A stretch of DNA of 51,605 bases from Octopus bimaculoides (taxonomy: Eukaryota): the NCBI RefSeq assembly GCF_001194135.2, contig NC_068989.1:34100551-34152155 (forward strand), read 5' to 3'. A model generated the notes under the pieces. It had not been told where the DNA came from and did no database searches. It worked only from the letters and a program-made list of their open reading frames with translations. Position 1 is the first letter of the stretch. Each line of letters begins with the position of its first letter. The translations under genes were made by a program, and so were the position numbers. Below, in pieces: positions 1-10,924 of this stretch.

Positions 1-48
<48 letters not shown>
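1..48. repeat. (AT)n then (GT)n microsatellite
   Basis: (AT)19 at 1-38 followed by GT repeats. Confidence 0.95.
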
Positions 49-919
49 ATGTATATATGCATATAAATTAAGGATATAATCATCAATAATATTAGTACGC
101 TAACTCTTTATTTTTGTACATACCTATCGTGTTTGTCAAACTCACTTCAAAGGAAGAGGTAAAAAGGTTGAAGGGAGAGGTACAAAGAAAAAGAGAAATA
201 AAAGCTGTTAAGCTGAAGAGTTGATGTGTGCGGAAAAGCAGGTGAGAGGGGAGGGACAGAAGCAGAGGAAGTATAGTTGAAGTGAGAGGCAAAGCAACAA
301 AGAGGAGGAAGTAAGAGGGAATGAGAGAGAAAGAGGGGGAGGTTGATAGCACTGAGAGGTAAGAGAAATATAAAGCGTTAAATGCAGGAGGACAGTTAGA
401 AATAAGGAGACATAGAGGAGGAAGGGGGAAAGAGAGAGATTTAGAGAGATAGATTGAGTGAAGGAAAGGAGTGGATAGAGAATAATAGTGAAAGAGAATG
501 GAACCATTCTCATACAGAAAATGCTGGCCATTGAAAATATGGAAATTGCAAAGAGGAATGTTACTTATATATCTATCTGTTTGACAATTATTCTGTCTGT
601 CTCTCTTTCTCAGCAAATAGCTGTGGATGTTACTGTTACTTTTCTACAGTTGAAGGGCAAGGTAAAATGTTTATCAGTATTTTCAGAGTTGACTGATGCA
701 TACATCGAAAGAAAAGTAGATACATAGATTGAATGAAAAAGAGATACATACACACATTGTTAAATCAAAAGTGGGAGACAGGGTGGACACAGAAAAAGTG
801 AGAGACACTGTAGCTACATAGATCGAAAGAAAAGTTGATACATAAACACATTGTTAAATCAAAGACAAATAAGTACTGCAAATATTAGATGTCAGTTTCA
901 CTTTTCTTTACCACACAAG

Positions 920-1080
920 GATAAAATTAACTCACAAGTAACTGAGTACTCCACAGACATGCATACCATTAACATAGTTCTCAGGGAGATTCAGCTTCAT
1001 GCAGAATATGACAAGACTGGCCCCTTTCAATTACAGCTACAATTCGTTTTGGCCAGCTGAGTGGACTGGAGCAAGATAAA
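920..1080 (-). mobile_element. Truncated tRNA-derived SINE copy
   Basis: About 80-85% similar by eye to the copy at 1432-1714 (CTGAGTACTC..CAGACATGCATACC..GTTCTCAGGGAGATTC..GCCAGCTGAGTGGACTG); lacks the head. Confidence 0.7.
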
Positions 1081-1431
1081 CCTTCAAGTGGTTGGAAGAA
1101 AATGAAAAAGGATCCTATGAAAAAGGGCAGGAAAATCTTTTTAGTCGTTAGGGTCACTATGGGTGTTAATCCGGTCCTAACAGCGGCATTTGTGGGTCTC
1201 ACAGACCTGGAGGCTAAGCCCCCAGATAAATATCAATGCACAAGCTGTTGTTATCAAACTGAACACGAATCAGAAGCAAAGTGACTACATGACGGAATAG
1301 CAATTATTTCATCTTAGCTTTCACTGCTTATACTAAAAACAACATTTTTGCCTTACAATATGGAACATTTCCTTTTCTTTCACTCTTTTTAAAAAATGGT
1401 ACTCTGTTGGTTACGACAACGTTCCTGTTTA

Positions 1432-1714
1432 TCTAATCAATGGAACAATTTGCTCGTAAAATTAACGTGCAAGTGACTGAGTACTCAACAGACATGCATA
1501 CCATAACGTAGTTCTCAGGGAGATTCGGCTTCACAGAATGTGACGAGGCTGGCCCCTTTGAATTACAGCTACAACTCATTTTTGCCAGCTGAGTGGACTG
1601 CAGCAAGGTGAAGTACAGTACCTTGCTCAAGAACACAGTGCACCGCCGGGAATCATACTCATGACTTGACAATTTCGGGCTGAATACCCCTAACCACTGA
1701 ACTACACAACTTCA
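1432..1714 (-). mobile_element. tRNA-derived SINE, near full length
   Basis: Minus strand reads GTAGTTCAGTGGTTAGG (A-box-like), then GAGTATGATTCCCGG (B-box-like), then GTGTTCTTGAGCAAGG (CORE/Meta-like central domain). A second copy lies at 920-1080. Confidence 0.75.
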
Positions 1715-2169
1715 CTCTCTTAACTGTAGAGAAAAGGAGTGAAGCGATAGAGACAGAGAAAGGAAAGCCTCAATCATTTGAAATGACAATTAGACTGAAA
1801 TACAATCAATCTTTTCTAGCTTCTTTACTTTTAACAATGAAGAAGAGGGGAAGACATTTAGTAACAAATAGAGGGAAGGTCTTTCAGGTGTTAACATTTT
1901 CATTCTGGGAGTTCTAGAACAATTGACTGTGAGGTCTCTTCTTTCCCCAACCCCTGGTACTTATTTGCCTTCTTTCATAGTTTTTCATGTCTTTTAGTTG
2001 TGGGGAAAGACCATGTTTTTCTCAATCGTGTTTAATATTTCCTCCACAAACTACAACAAGTCCCTCTCTTCCTTTTTTTTTTCATACAAAAACTAATGCA
2101 AATTTCAAATTGGGTATAGCTGTGAAAGGAGCCCAGAAAAATGGGTAATACTCTCTACAGGTGGCTACA

Positions 2170-2282
2170 CAAAATTCAACTCTATACTTTAAAGAGTGTC
2201 TTTTACTATAGCCTCAGACTAACCCAAAGCCTCGTGAGTGGATTTCATAGATGAAAACTGAAAGAAGCCCGTCATATATATA
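2170..2282 (+). mobile_element. SINE fragment (family of 4090-4478)
   Basis: GTGTCTTTTACTATAGCCTCAG..CCAAAGCCTCGTGAGTGGATTT..AACTGAAAGAAGCCCGTC matches 4150-4230; ends in a TA-rich tract. Confidence 0.6.
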
Positions 2283-2290
2283 TAAATATA

Positions 2291-3528
2291 TTGGGTTGGC
2301 AACTAAGTTCCCCCTGTTTTTTTAAATTTTGAAATTTATTGCATTTTTAAATATTAGAATCATTTCGAGAATTCTATTTTTGAATCTATTTTGTTTTTTT
2401 CTAATTAATTTTAGTTTATTTTCAGATCATTAAAATGGAATGTCAAGTTAAGAAAAACGTGCATTTCCGACACCTTCTTTTTGCTTTTAATCAAGGTTCT
2501 AAGGCTGCAAAAGCTGCTTGCAACATTTGTGCTGTGTATGGAGAGGGTGCCATAGCTGAAAGAACCGCTCGTGATTGGTATGCCAAGTTCAAAAATGGAA
2601 ATTTTGACCTCAAAGACGCACCTCATTCTAGCTGTCCAGATGAGTTCAATGAAGAGCGATTAAACCAACTTTTGCATGAAAATTCTCATCAAACGACAAG
2701 GGAACTGGCAGAGAAAATGGAATGCTCCCACACTGCTACAGAGAAGCATCTTCACTTGATGGGAAAGGTTCAGAAGTATGGAACATGGGTTCCGTATGCT
2801 TTAAGTGACAACAACAAAAATCAACAAGCCATACACACAACGTTGTTTTACGTGGATGAAGATCTTGTTTCACGCGCGCTGTCACTTGTTTACCAGGGCT
2901 AAACCATTCCTTACTCTGCTTTACATTGATGTACAGACACCATTTTACGTCGCCAGTAATGATCCGGTAAAGAAATTGTTGCTTGTGTCCATGAGTTGAG
3001 CAGTGACGAGCAAGCAAACCAGCGGAGATTGTGGCTCATTGATTTTTGTTGTTGTCACTTAAAGCATGCAGAACCCATGCTCCATACTTCTGAACCTTTC
3101 CCATCAAGTGAAGATACTTCTCTGTAGCAGTGTGGGAGCATTCCAATTTCTCTGCCATTTCCCTTGTCGTTTGACGAGAATTTTCGTGCAAAAGTTGGTT
3201 TGATCACTCTTCATCGAACTCAACTGGGCGGTCAAAATTTCCATTTTTGAACTTGGCATACCAATCACAAGCGGTTCTTTCAGCTATGGCACTCTCTCCA
3301 TACACAGCACAAATGTCGCGAGCAGCTTTTGTGGCCTTAGAACCTTGATTAAAAGCAAAAAGAAGGAGGTGTTGAAAATACTCGTTTTTCTTAACTTGAT
3401 ATTCCATTTTAATGATCTGAAAATAAACAAAATTGATTCCAAAATGATTCAAAAATAGATTCCAAAATTTAAAGACGCAATAAATTTCAAAATTTAAGAA
3501 AACAGGTGGAACTTAATTGTCAACCCAA
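2291..3528. mobile_element. Non-autonomous foldback mariner: two 5' halves joined tail-to-tail
   Basis: TIRs TTGGGTTGGCAACTAAGTTCC (2291) and GGAACTTAATTGTCAACCCAA (to 3528), TA on both flanks. Transposase N-terminus on + (2435-2830, up to WVPYAL) and on - (from ~3410 down to 2829, with ITGDVKW and LHPRKTTLCVW). Confidence 0.92.
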
Positions 3529-4089
3529 TAGTAATGGAGAAAGTTGCATATTAATTAGTTGGAATTATGTAACTTTTATTACAAGAACGCAATTATTAAA
3601 GGCTAGGATGTCTGGAAAATTTTTACAAATTCCTCAAGACATTAGAGTTTTGTACTTATGTAAAAGTTTCAAAACTTCTGGAGTGCACAACAGAGGGCAT
3701 TGAAAATGATAGTTATGCAAAGTGCTAAGATGAAGTATGGTAGAAAGAGGGGGAAGGGAAATAGCACAATAATGAATGAGACTGAAGGGTGGACATTGGG
3801 GGCAAGAAAGGGACGAATTGATAGCACAAAGAATTAGGGGATATAATATATGTTGAGGTGTGGTTAAGACATGGGGAATTGTTGACAGGACACTAGGTGT
3901 AGGGACAGTGCCCAGCATGTATATGCATGGACAAAATGTTTGCTGTTAGGAATGGGTCTTCAGCAAATTGCCAATCGTCTTGGTCCTTTCACTACTTTGT
4001 CCCTTGTCTTCCTCTTCTGCAAGTTCCATCCACTTTAAGCAACCAGCACTTCTTTATGCAGCTATCCTTATATACATATATTTATATAT

Positions 4090-4478
4090 AGGCCTGGATG
4101 TGTGGTTAAGAAGTTTGCTTCCTAACCACATGGTTTCAGATTTAGCTTCACTGCAAAGCATCTTGGGCTAGTGTCTTTTTCTATGGCTCCAGGCTGACCA
4201 AAGCCTTGGGAGTTAATCTGATAAACAGAAGCTGAAAGAAGCCTGTTATGTATTTGAGTGTATGTTTGTGTCTCCTTGTCTTGATATTGTGTGATTGTTG
4301 AAAATGCATGTTATTCATTTCCAATATTAAGCAGAAACATCTCTGGTCACAGGGAACTATTACCTTGTTAAGAAACAGCTAATTGTTGGTGACAAGAAGA
4401 GCATCTAGACACAGAAAATCTGCCTGAATAAATTCTGACCCATGCACACACGGAAAAGTGGATGTTAAAATGATGATA
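4090..4478 (+). mobile_element. Full-length tRNA-derived SINE with RTE-type tail
   Basis: A-box-like TGTGTGGTTAAG head and degenerate B box. The 3' end ACCCATGC..GGAAAAGTGGATGTTAAAATGATGAT is nearly identical to the RTE tail at 21879-21916. Confidence 0.75.
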
Positions 4479-5149
4479 TACATGCACATACAACAGGCTC
4501 TTCTCATTTTGTATCAATCAAATATACTCATGAAGCTGACCAAACATATGTATTTATCTTTGTCCATACTTGTATATTTATAAATGGATGTATACAGGTG
4601 TTTTTGAAAAATGAAAGAGTGCTCAATTTCAGGATTAGAAGTTGGCCAGATTCAGAACTCATACTTTGTTTTATTAACCATAAAAATCATAATCATTCAG
4701 TATGCAAACTCTTGAGATGACAGCTGTGAAGGCAGCACAAATCTGATACAAAATATTAGTGGTCTCATATATTTACATTGTTTTACAGTTAGTAATGGGG
4801 AAGAACACTCAATGGAACAAATAAAAATCAAAACAAACAATTCAAGATAAGTCTTGTTTATTTACTTCAATCTGCTGTATGTTTATATCTTGACATAAAT
4901 GTAAACATGGATATACTCATACTCTCACATACACAGATATCTAGTTTCTGTACATGTATGACTGAATGAATAAGTAAATGAATTAGTAAAACAGAAATAA
5001 ATAATGCCTACTTTTGTGCAATGATCAACATTTATGGAAGCACTTTCTTGTAATTCAACACGTAGAGACTACAGCCATTTACATTTTGTTACGAGGTAGT
5101 ATTGTTTATGTCTTGGCAGAATGTACAGACATCTCGGGGTGGATGTAAT

Positions 5150-6580
5150 CCACTATAATATTTGTAAATTTCATGACAGTTTGTCTCATGTACAGACACT
5201 AGGTGTCCATACGCTGAAGCAGGGAGGGGGAGTGCATTTTAGTGTGTAGCAGGTTGCTGGTTCACTTGAGATCATTCAGAGTATGGAGTGGATGGGCTTT
5301 CCTGTGGTTGTAGGTATTGGGGTGTGATATAGGGAGACACAGGAAGAAGAGAGGTTAGAAGAGGCTAGTGCATTGTTATCCCTTAAACGCTGAAGTTATT
5401 AGGGAGTTTAGTGAGTATATTTCTCTTGGAGCTGAAGATTAAATGTCAGGGTTGTGGATAATTTACCTAACCAGGCTGTAACTGGAGTATTTCCAGGACA
5501 GAAATGTGCTTGCATGTTTGAAGTATTTGTATGTGACCAAAAGAAGGCCCTTTCCATTTTATTTAAGATATTTATTTATAGAGACAGTATCTAGAGCTTT
5601 TTTTTTTCATCAAGAATAAATTGCACTACTTGTCCATTAGGTTACTTATTTTGTGTTTTTTTTAAGATCTATGTGAATTTTGATAGTAAGGTAAAATTGC
5701 TGTAATTTCTCTGTCTAAACAAGATGGGCTGTGTATTAAGATTTGAATGTATATTTGTTGAAGCTGATATGCACCTTTCCCTTCTTCCTGGTTATCTAAA
5801 ACATCAACTCTATTCACAACCTCTTTTTCAAAGCATTTGTTATCCAAAAGAATTGACTGTACACCAACAAATATAGATCTGTTATGATGATGGCACTCTA
5901 TTTTTGACTTTTTCACTGTTGTTGAGTATTTGTGATCTACTGCCTAAACAACTAAGATTAACAGAATTTATGTCAAAGATTTTCTGGTACTTGTGGTTTG
6001 GAAGGAAGTGCATGTCTACTAAGTATTTGTAGCTGCATTCATACCAAATAAATGATTGAATCACATGATTTCCTATTTTTGAGCCAATTAGTTCCAGTGG
6101 AGATGGTTCTATAACTTATTTCAAAATGCATCTCTTTAGTACATTTATATAGTATGAGGTAGCCATATTGAATATACTCTTATCTAAAGACAGACTAGAG
6201 ATATTTCTAGTTATGTTGTTTGTGATATGTTTAATAATCAATGAGTGGTGGATGGAGCCCTTGTTTGCACAAGTAATCTCCTCATTCCATTTAAGGAATG
6301 GGTAGTGTTTTCAGGTGTACACATTCAATGCCATATCCAGGTAGTTAGCAATTTTGAGATATATATTCATTGTGGTCCAGTCCTAAGTTTTAATTGGTTA
6401 AATATTTTAAGTAGTTTTTATTTTTCTATTTCTATCCATGTCTTGACTTAAACCCTCACCACTAAATAATCCTATTCTGGCCTCTACATTACTGAGTATA
6501 TTTAGAATATAAAAGCCTACAGGGTCTATTTCAGACCATCAGTGGGTACATTGAAGAATTCTTCAGCTTTCTTAACTCAG
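5150..6580 (-). mobile_element. Decayed Penelope-like element (RT C-half plus GIY-YIG region)
   Basis: Manual minus-strand translation: VGFYILNILS..IGLFSGEGL (decayed YRDDGL), NYLDMALN, HHSLIIKHITNNITRNISSLS, LVDMHF..HKYQKIFD, LDNKCFEKEVV, CNLFLDEK. The motif order is that of PLE proteins; many stops and frameshifts. Confidence 0.7.
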
Positions 6581-7022
6581 TAAGAATCATCACAAAATAA
6601 CTGATTTTCAGGTGATCAAGATTAGGCAAATATTGTGGTATACAACTTGGTGAACTGAAGTGTTTGCAGGAGATAATTCATAGAAACTAACAGGTAAAAC
6701 TGTACTACACTATGTGTAAACAGACTACAGTGCTAAGTTCTCACCAATAGATATATTTGTGCTCTTACTGAGCTTTTATCTTGTGTACTCTGCAAATATG
6801 CTTGGGAGTATTTACATTCTTTCTTTACATGGCTTACTGCCATTTTCTGACTCATCATTTATCTATTTCTGATGACTTATAGTGCACCTGACTACTGTAT
6901 ACAATAAGAGAAAGATTTATAAAAGAATGTTGGGAGGTTATCAGACACCATTATATCTCCTTTCCTGTATGGATATATTTGTAAGCTATTTTTTCATAAA
7001 ATGAATACTGAAATTTATATAT

Positions 7023-8966
7023 TTACTTTTCTGTATGAATACATACATGTGTAGTTAAATGACTTCTTTTAGAGAATGACTTACCACAGATGTTACAGTG
7101 ATATGGTTTCTCTCCTGTATGAATGCGTTTGTGTTTAGTTAGGGTACTATTTACAGTGAATGATTTACCACAGATCTCACAACAATATGGTTTCTCACCT
7201 GTATGAATACGCTTATGTTTAACTAAAGCACTTCCTTCTGAAAAGGATTTACCACAGGCATCACAATGATATGGTTTCTCTCCTGTATGAATGCGTTTGT
7301 GTTTAGTTAAGTGACTTCCTTCTGAGAATGACTTACCACAGATGTCACAGTGATATGGTTTTTCTCCTGTATGAATACGTTTGTGAATTGTTAACCCACA
7401 TATTCGTGGAAATGATTTACCACAGATATCACAGTGATAGGGTTTCATTCCTGTATGAATACGCTTGTGAATAGTTAATTCACTTCCTACAGAAAACGAT
7501 TTGCCACAGATATCACAGTGATATGGCTTCTCTCCAGTATGAATACGCTTGTGTTTAGTTAAGGTACTATTTACAGAGAATGATTTATCACAGACATCAC
7601 AGTGATATGGTTTTTCTCCTGTATGAATACGTTTGTGAGAATTTAATCCACATGTTTGTGGGAATGATTTACCACAGATATCACACTGATAAGGCTTTGC
7701 TCCAGTATGGATGCGTTTGTGAGTAGTTACTTGACAACTTAGAGAGAATGATTTACCACAGATATCACAGTGATATGGTTTCTCTCCAGTATGAATGCGT
7801 TTGTGGTTAGTCAAATTATCATTTCGAGAGAAGGATTTACCACATACATCACAGTTATAGGGCTTCAGTCCGGTATGAATACGTCTGTGATTGGTCAAAG
7901 CACTTCCTTGAGAGAATGATTTACCACAGATGTTACAGCAATATGGCTTCTCTCCTGTATGAATACGCTTGTGAGGAGTTAAATAACCACTCTGAGAGAA
8001 AGATTTACCACAGATATCACAATGATAGGGTTTTCTTCCTGTATGAATACGTTTATGAGTTGTTAACTCACCACTTCGAGGAAAAGATTTACCACATATA
8101 TCACAGTGATACGGTCTTTCTCCTGTATGAATTCGTTTGTGAGTAGTTAAATCATTTTTTTGACAGAAAGATTTACCACAAACATCACATTGATAGGGTT
8201 TCTCTCCTGTATGAATACGCCTATGAGTAGTTAAAGTACCATTTTCAGAGAATGATTTACCACAGATATCACAGTGATAGGGTTTCTCTCCTGTATGAAT
8301 GTCTCTGTGTTTAGATAAGCTACTGCTTTGAGAGAATGCTTTACCACAGATATTACAATGATATGGCTTGACTCCTGTGTGAATACGTTTGTGCTGAGTT
8401 AAGGCACCTCCTTCAGAGAATGATTTACCACAGATATCACAGTGATATGGCTTCTCTCCTGTATGAATGCGTTTGTGTTTTGTTAATGTACTATTTACAG
8501 AGAATGATTTACCACAGATATCGCAGTGATATGGCTTCTCTCCTGTATGAATGCGGTTGTGTATAGTTAACTCATCATTTCGAGAGAATAATTTACCACA
8601 AATATCACAGCGATAGTGCTTCTCTCCAGTATGAATACGTCTGTGAGTAGTTAAATTACTTTTTTGAGTGAATGACTTATTACAAATATTACAATAATAT
8701 GGCTTCTCTCCTGTATGAATACGTTTGTGTTTAATTAAGTCATCATTTCGAGAGAAAGATTTACCACAGATATCACAGTTGTAGCAGTTCTCTCCAGTAT
8801 GGATACGTTTGTGAATAGTTAAGTTACTTTTTTGAGTGAATGACTTTTTACAGGTATCACAATCATATAATGGTTTCCCTGTCTCTTTCAGTTTCTCATC
8901 AGGAAAATCAATCTTTTTCAATCCCATTTCACATTTATACTGCTTCTCACATAATTCATTTTCCAT
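7023..8966 (-). CDS. C2H2 zinc-finger protein, 647 aa, 22 tandem fingers, no effector domain
   Basis: Uninterrupted ORF: 33-aa leader, then 22 CxxC..HxxxH units, mostly with TGEKP linkers; all Cys/His ligands intact. Confidence 0.95.
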   Translation of the reverse strand: MENELCEKQYKCEMGLKKIDFPDEKLKETGKPLYDCDTCKKSFTQKSNLTIHKRIHTGENCYNCDICGKSFSRNDDLIKHKRIHTGEKPYYCNICNKSFTQKSNLTTHRRIHTGEKHYRCDICGKLFSRNDELTIHNRIHTGEKPYHCDICGKSFSVNSTLTKHKRIHTGEKPYHCDICGKSFSEGGALTQHKRIHTGVKPYHCNICGKAFSQSSSLSKHRDIHTGEKPYHCDICGKSFSENGTLTTHRRIHTGEKPYQCDVCGKSFCQKNDLTTHKRIHTGERPYHCDICGKSFPRSGELTTHKRIHTGRKPYHCDICGKSFSQSGYLTPHKRIHTGEKPYCCNICGKSFSQGSALTNHRRIHTGLKPYNCDVCGKSFSRNDNLTNHKRIHTGEKPYHCDICGKSFSLSCQVTTHKRIHTGAKPYQCDICGKSFPQTCGLNSHKRIHTGEKPYHCDVCDKSFSVNSTLTKHKRIHTGEKPYHCDICGKSFSVGSELTIHKRIHTGMKPYHCDICGKSFPRICGLTIHKRIHTGEKPYHCDICGKSFSEGSHLTKHKRIHTGEKPYHCDACGKSFSEGSALVKHKRIHTGEKPYCCEICGKSFTVNSTLTKHKRIHTGEKPYHCNICGKSFSKRSHLTTHVCIHTEK

Positions 8967-9287
8967 AATGTTTTGATTTTCCTTACAATATACACTGTTC
9001 TTTTTTGTGTTTTTATATTATTTTCCTAATAAATAATTCTAATTCTCTATTTAACTTGACTGTATTCTTTGCCAGTGCTTGGTGATGTAGCAAACTCCTT
9101 TAGAAATTTGTTCATTTTGCCAATAATTCCAGTTAGAAGAAATATTTCAAACTAATTTCCAACAGATTTATATAAACTGTGTTATATCTGCTCTGTATAA
9201 CATCTTCCTTTAGTCTTTAAATGATGATAAAAATTGATGAGTGGTCATAAGTTAGAAAATACTTTCCTGGGAATGTCATTTGATAAT

Positions 9288-9305
9288 CTAAAATAAAAGA
9301 GAAAC
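9288..9305 (-). promoter_or_regulatory. Probable splice acceptor of the ZNF coding exon
   Basis: Minus strand GTTTCTCTTTTATTTTAG|ATTATC; exon would start at 9287, 321 nt above the ATG. Confidence 0.6.
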
Positions 9306-9459
9306 AGTATAAGACACAGAGGATACTTAAAAAAGTAGATAAACTGTAGATATAAATATTTAAGAACTGATCAGATATATCATCTTTCAAGATAAGGTGT
9401 AAGGTGAGGAAAAGTTGAGTGCCATTTGTAGCAGGTTGAAGAGTTACTTCCCTTCATAG

Positions 9460-9580
9460 CTTGTCGTTTAACCCCAGGCCAGCCTTGACTAAACAAGTTA
9501 CTGTTACTTAGACCTTGGTCAAAACTTAGCCACCTAACTAATGATCAAAGGAATCTCAACCATCACCCATCTTTTTCAGA
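9460..9580 (+). repeat. Interspersed repeat fragment (related to 26515-26790 in reverse)
   Basis: TTAACCCCAGGCCAGCCTTGACT resembles the reverse complement of 26524-26550 (TTTAGCCCCAGGTCAACCCTGACTGAG). Confidence 0.4.
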
Positions 9581-10924
9581 GTATGAATCTTTATTGACTT
9601 CTATTTGTAGCTGGTGGTTCTTGTTTAATAATAAGTCGGCCCTGATATAAACCTACTATGAAAAATATTTTTGTTTCTATGTCAGAAGCAAATTTTATAT
9701 CAGATAAATCAAATAAAAACATTATATTGATAAACAAGGAAAAGACAACTGGATTTAATAAAAAAATTTAAACAAAAAGTACCTTGTATAAATGTCCTTC
9801 AGTGAATAATAACAGTTGAATTGGTGTGAAGGTGTGACTGAACACTTTCCCCATTGATATAACATTTTATGAACTTTAATAAAATATCTGGGGGTAAAAA
9901 GAAATTTCAAGATGCAGTTTTCAAAGTTTACTTCAGAAAACAATATCAGTAGGAAAATACATGACTATAAGAATATGAGTGACATTATTGTGAATGAATG
10001 AAAGTTTAATAATGTTTACAACACTAGCACTGCTTCTAATACATAATTGAATTTAATTGTACATATGCATCGTTGAAACATACCAGCAAATGGTTTTCAC
10101 ACTAGTTGTATATACTCATAGACTAGCAATTCAGTTGTGCCCATGTATGAGAGTGAAGATCAGAATACCACAATAAAGAATGGAGGAAGACTTGCTACTA
10201 ATTTGGGACAAGAAAAGAGAGAGCCTTTTGGTATAGGTGAGTGAGGGTAGGGGAATCATGAACAAACCAATCATACATCTCGTGGGGATGATCAAAAGAC
10301 AAGTTTTAGGGGAAAAATTTAATGAAGCCAACAAACTGTGAAGAAAAGAGAGACAAAAAAAACTATTTCATTAAAGTATGTGTGGTGGGGTATGTGGGTT
10401 TAACAATAAGTTGCAAGGGGAAAATTATAAAACTAGACATTGCCTAGGGAGTGTTTGGAACAATACTGTTAATAATAAAACTAATATCAAGTGAATGAAA
10501 CTGGTATCACTAATTTCTCAAATCCATATCCTTGCTATTACTGCCATTGCATTCAGACAGCACTGACCATAACAGCTTTTTGGTTGTTGATTCATTCAAT
10601 GTATATTTATTATTTTAGCCAAATTTTACTTTCAAAGACTAGAATCTCTATCTTCAATACATCCGACTATGCTATCACTGCAGTAGTGTGTTTAGTGACA
10701 TATTAGTAGGTAGAACAAAGAAGTTTAGGTTGTGTATGTATGATATACTTTGCAGCTTAATCAAAAGTGTCAACAGCTTTCCAAATCATGAACAGAATGT
10801 TCATGACATTTTTCTTTGCCTGTGATGTTATATTACTAAGCCAAATGCAATAGATGTTTGTATTATCAGCTTTGAGCAGTCAGAACATCTTTACACGTAT
10901 CATTTTCTATATACTTCACATACC

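Noticed and set aside
92-727. ORFs of 79-174 aa at the window start
   Set aside because: They are translations of a GA/CT-rich low-complexity tract with no domain signal.
695-865. Imperfect local duplication (TCGAAAGAAAAGT.GATACATA..CACATTGTTAAATCAAA)
   Set aside because: Two to three degenerate copies only, an ordinary slippage-type repeat with no further structure.
1660-1714. tRNA-like heads (also 4090-4160 and 17470-17500)
   Set aside because: They continue into SINE bodies and do not form full cloverleaves; not tRNA genes.
7916-8146. Antisense or alternate-frame ORFs over ZNF arrays (also 27919-28146, 31441-31716, 44476-45255)
   Set aside because: By-products of the repetitive finger codon pattern.
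7023-8870. 84-bp periodic repeats resembling a CRISPR or satellite array
   Set aside because: The period equals one 28-aa C2H2 finger in an open frame; the DNA is eukaryotic and has no cas genes.
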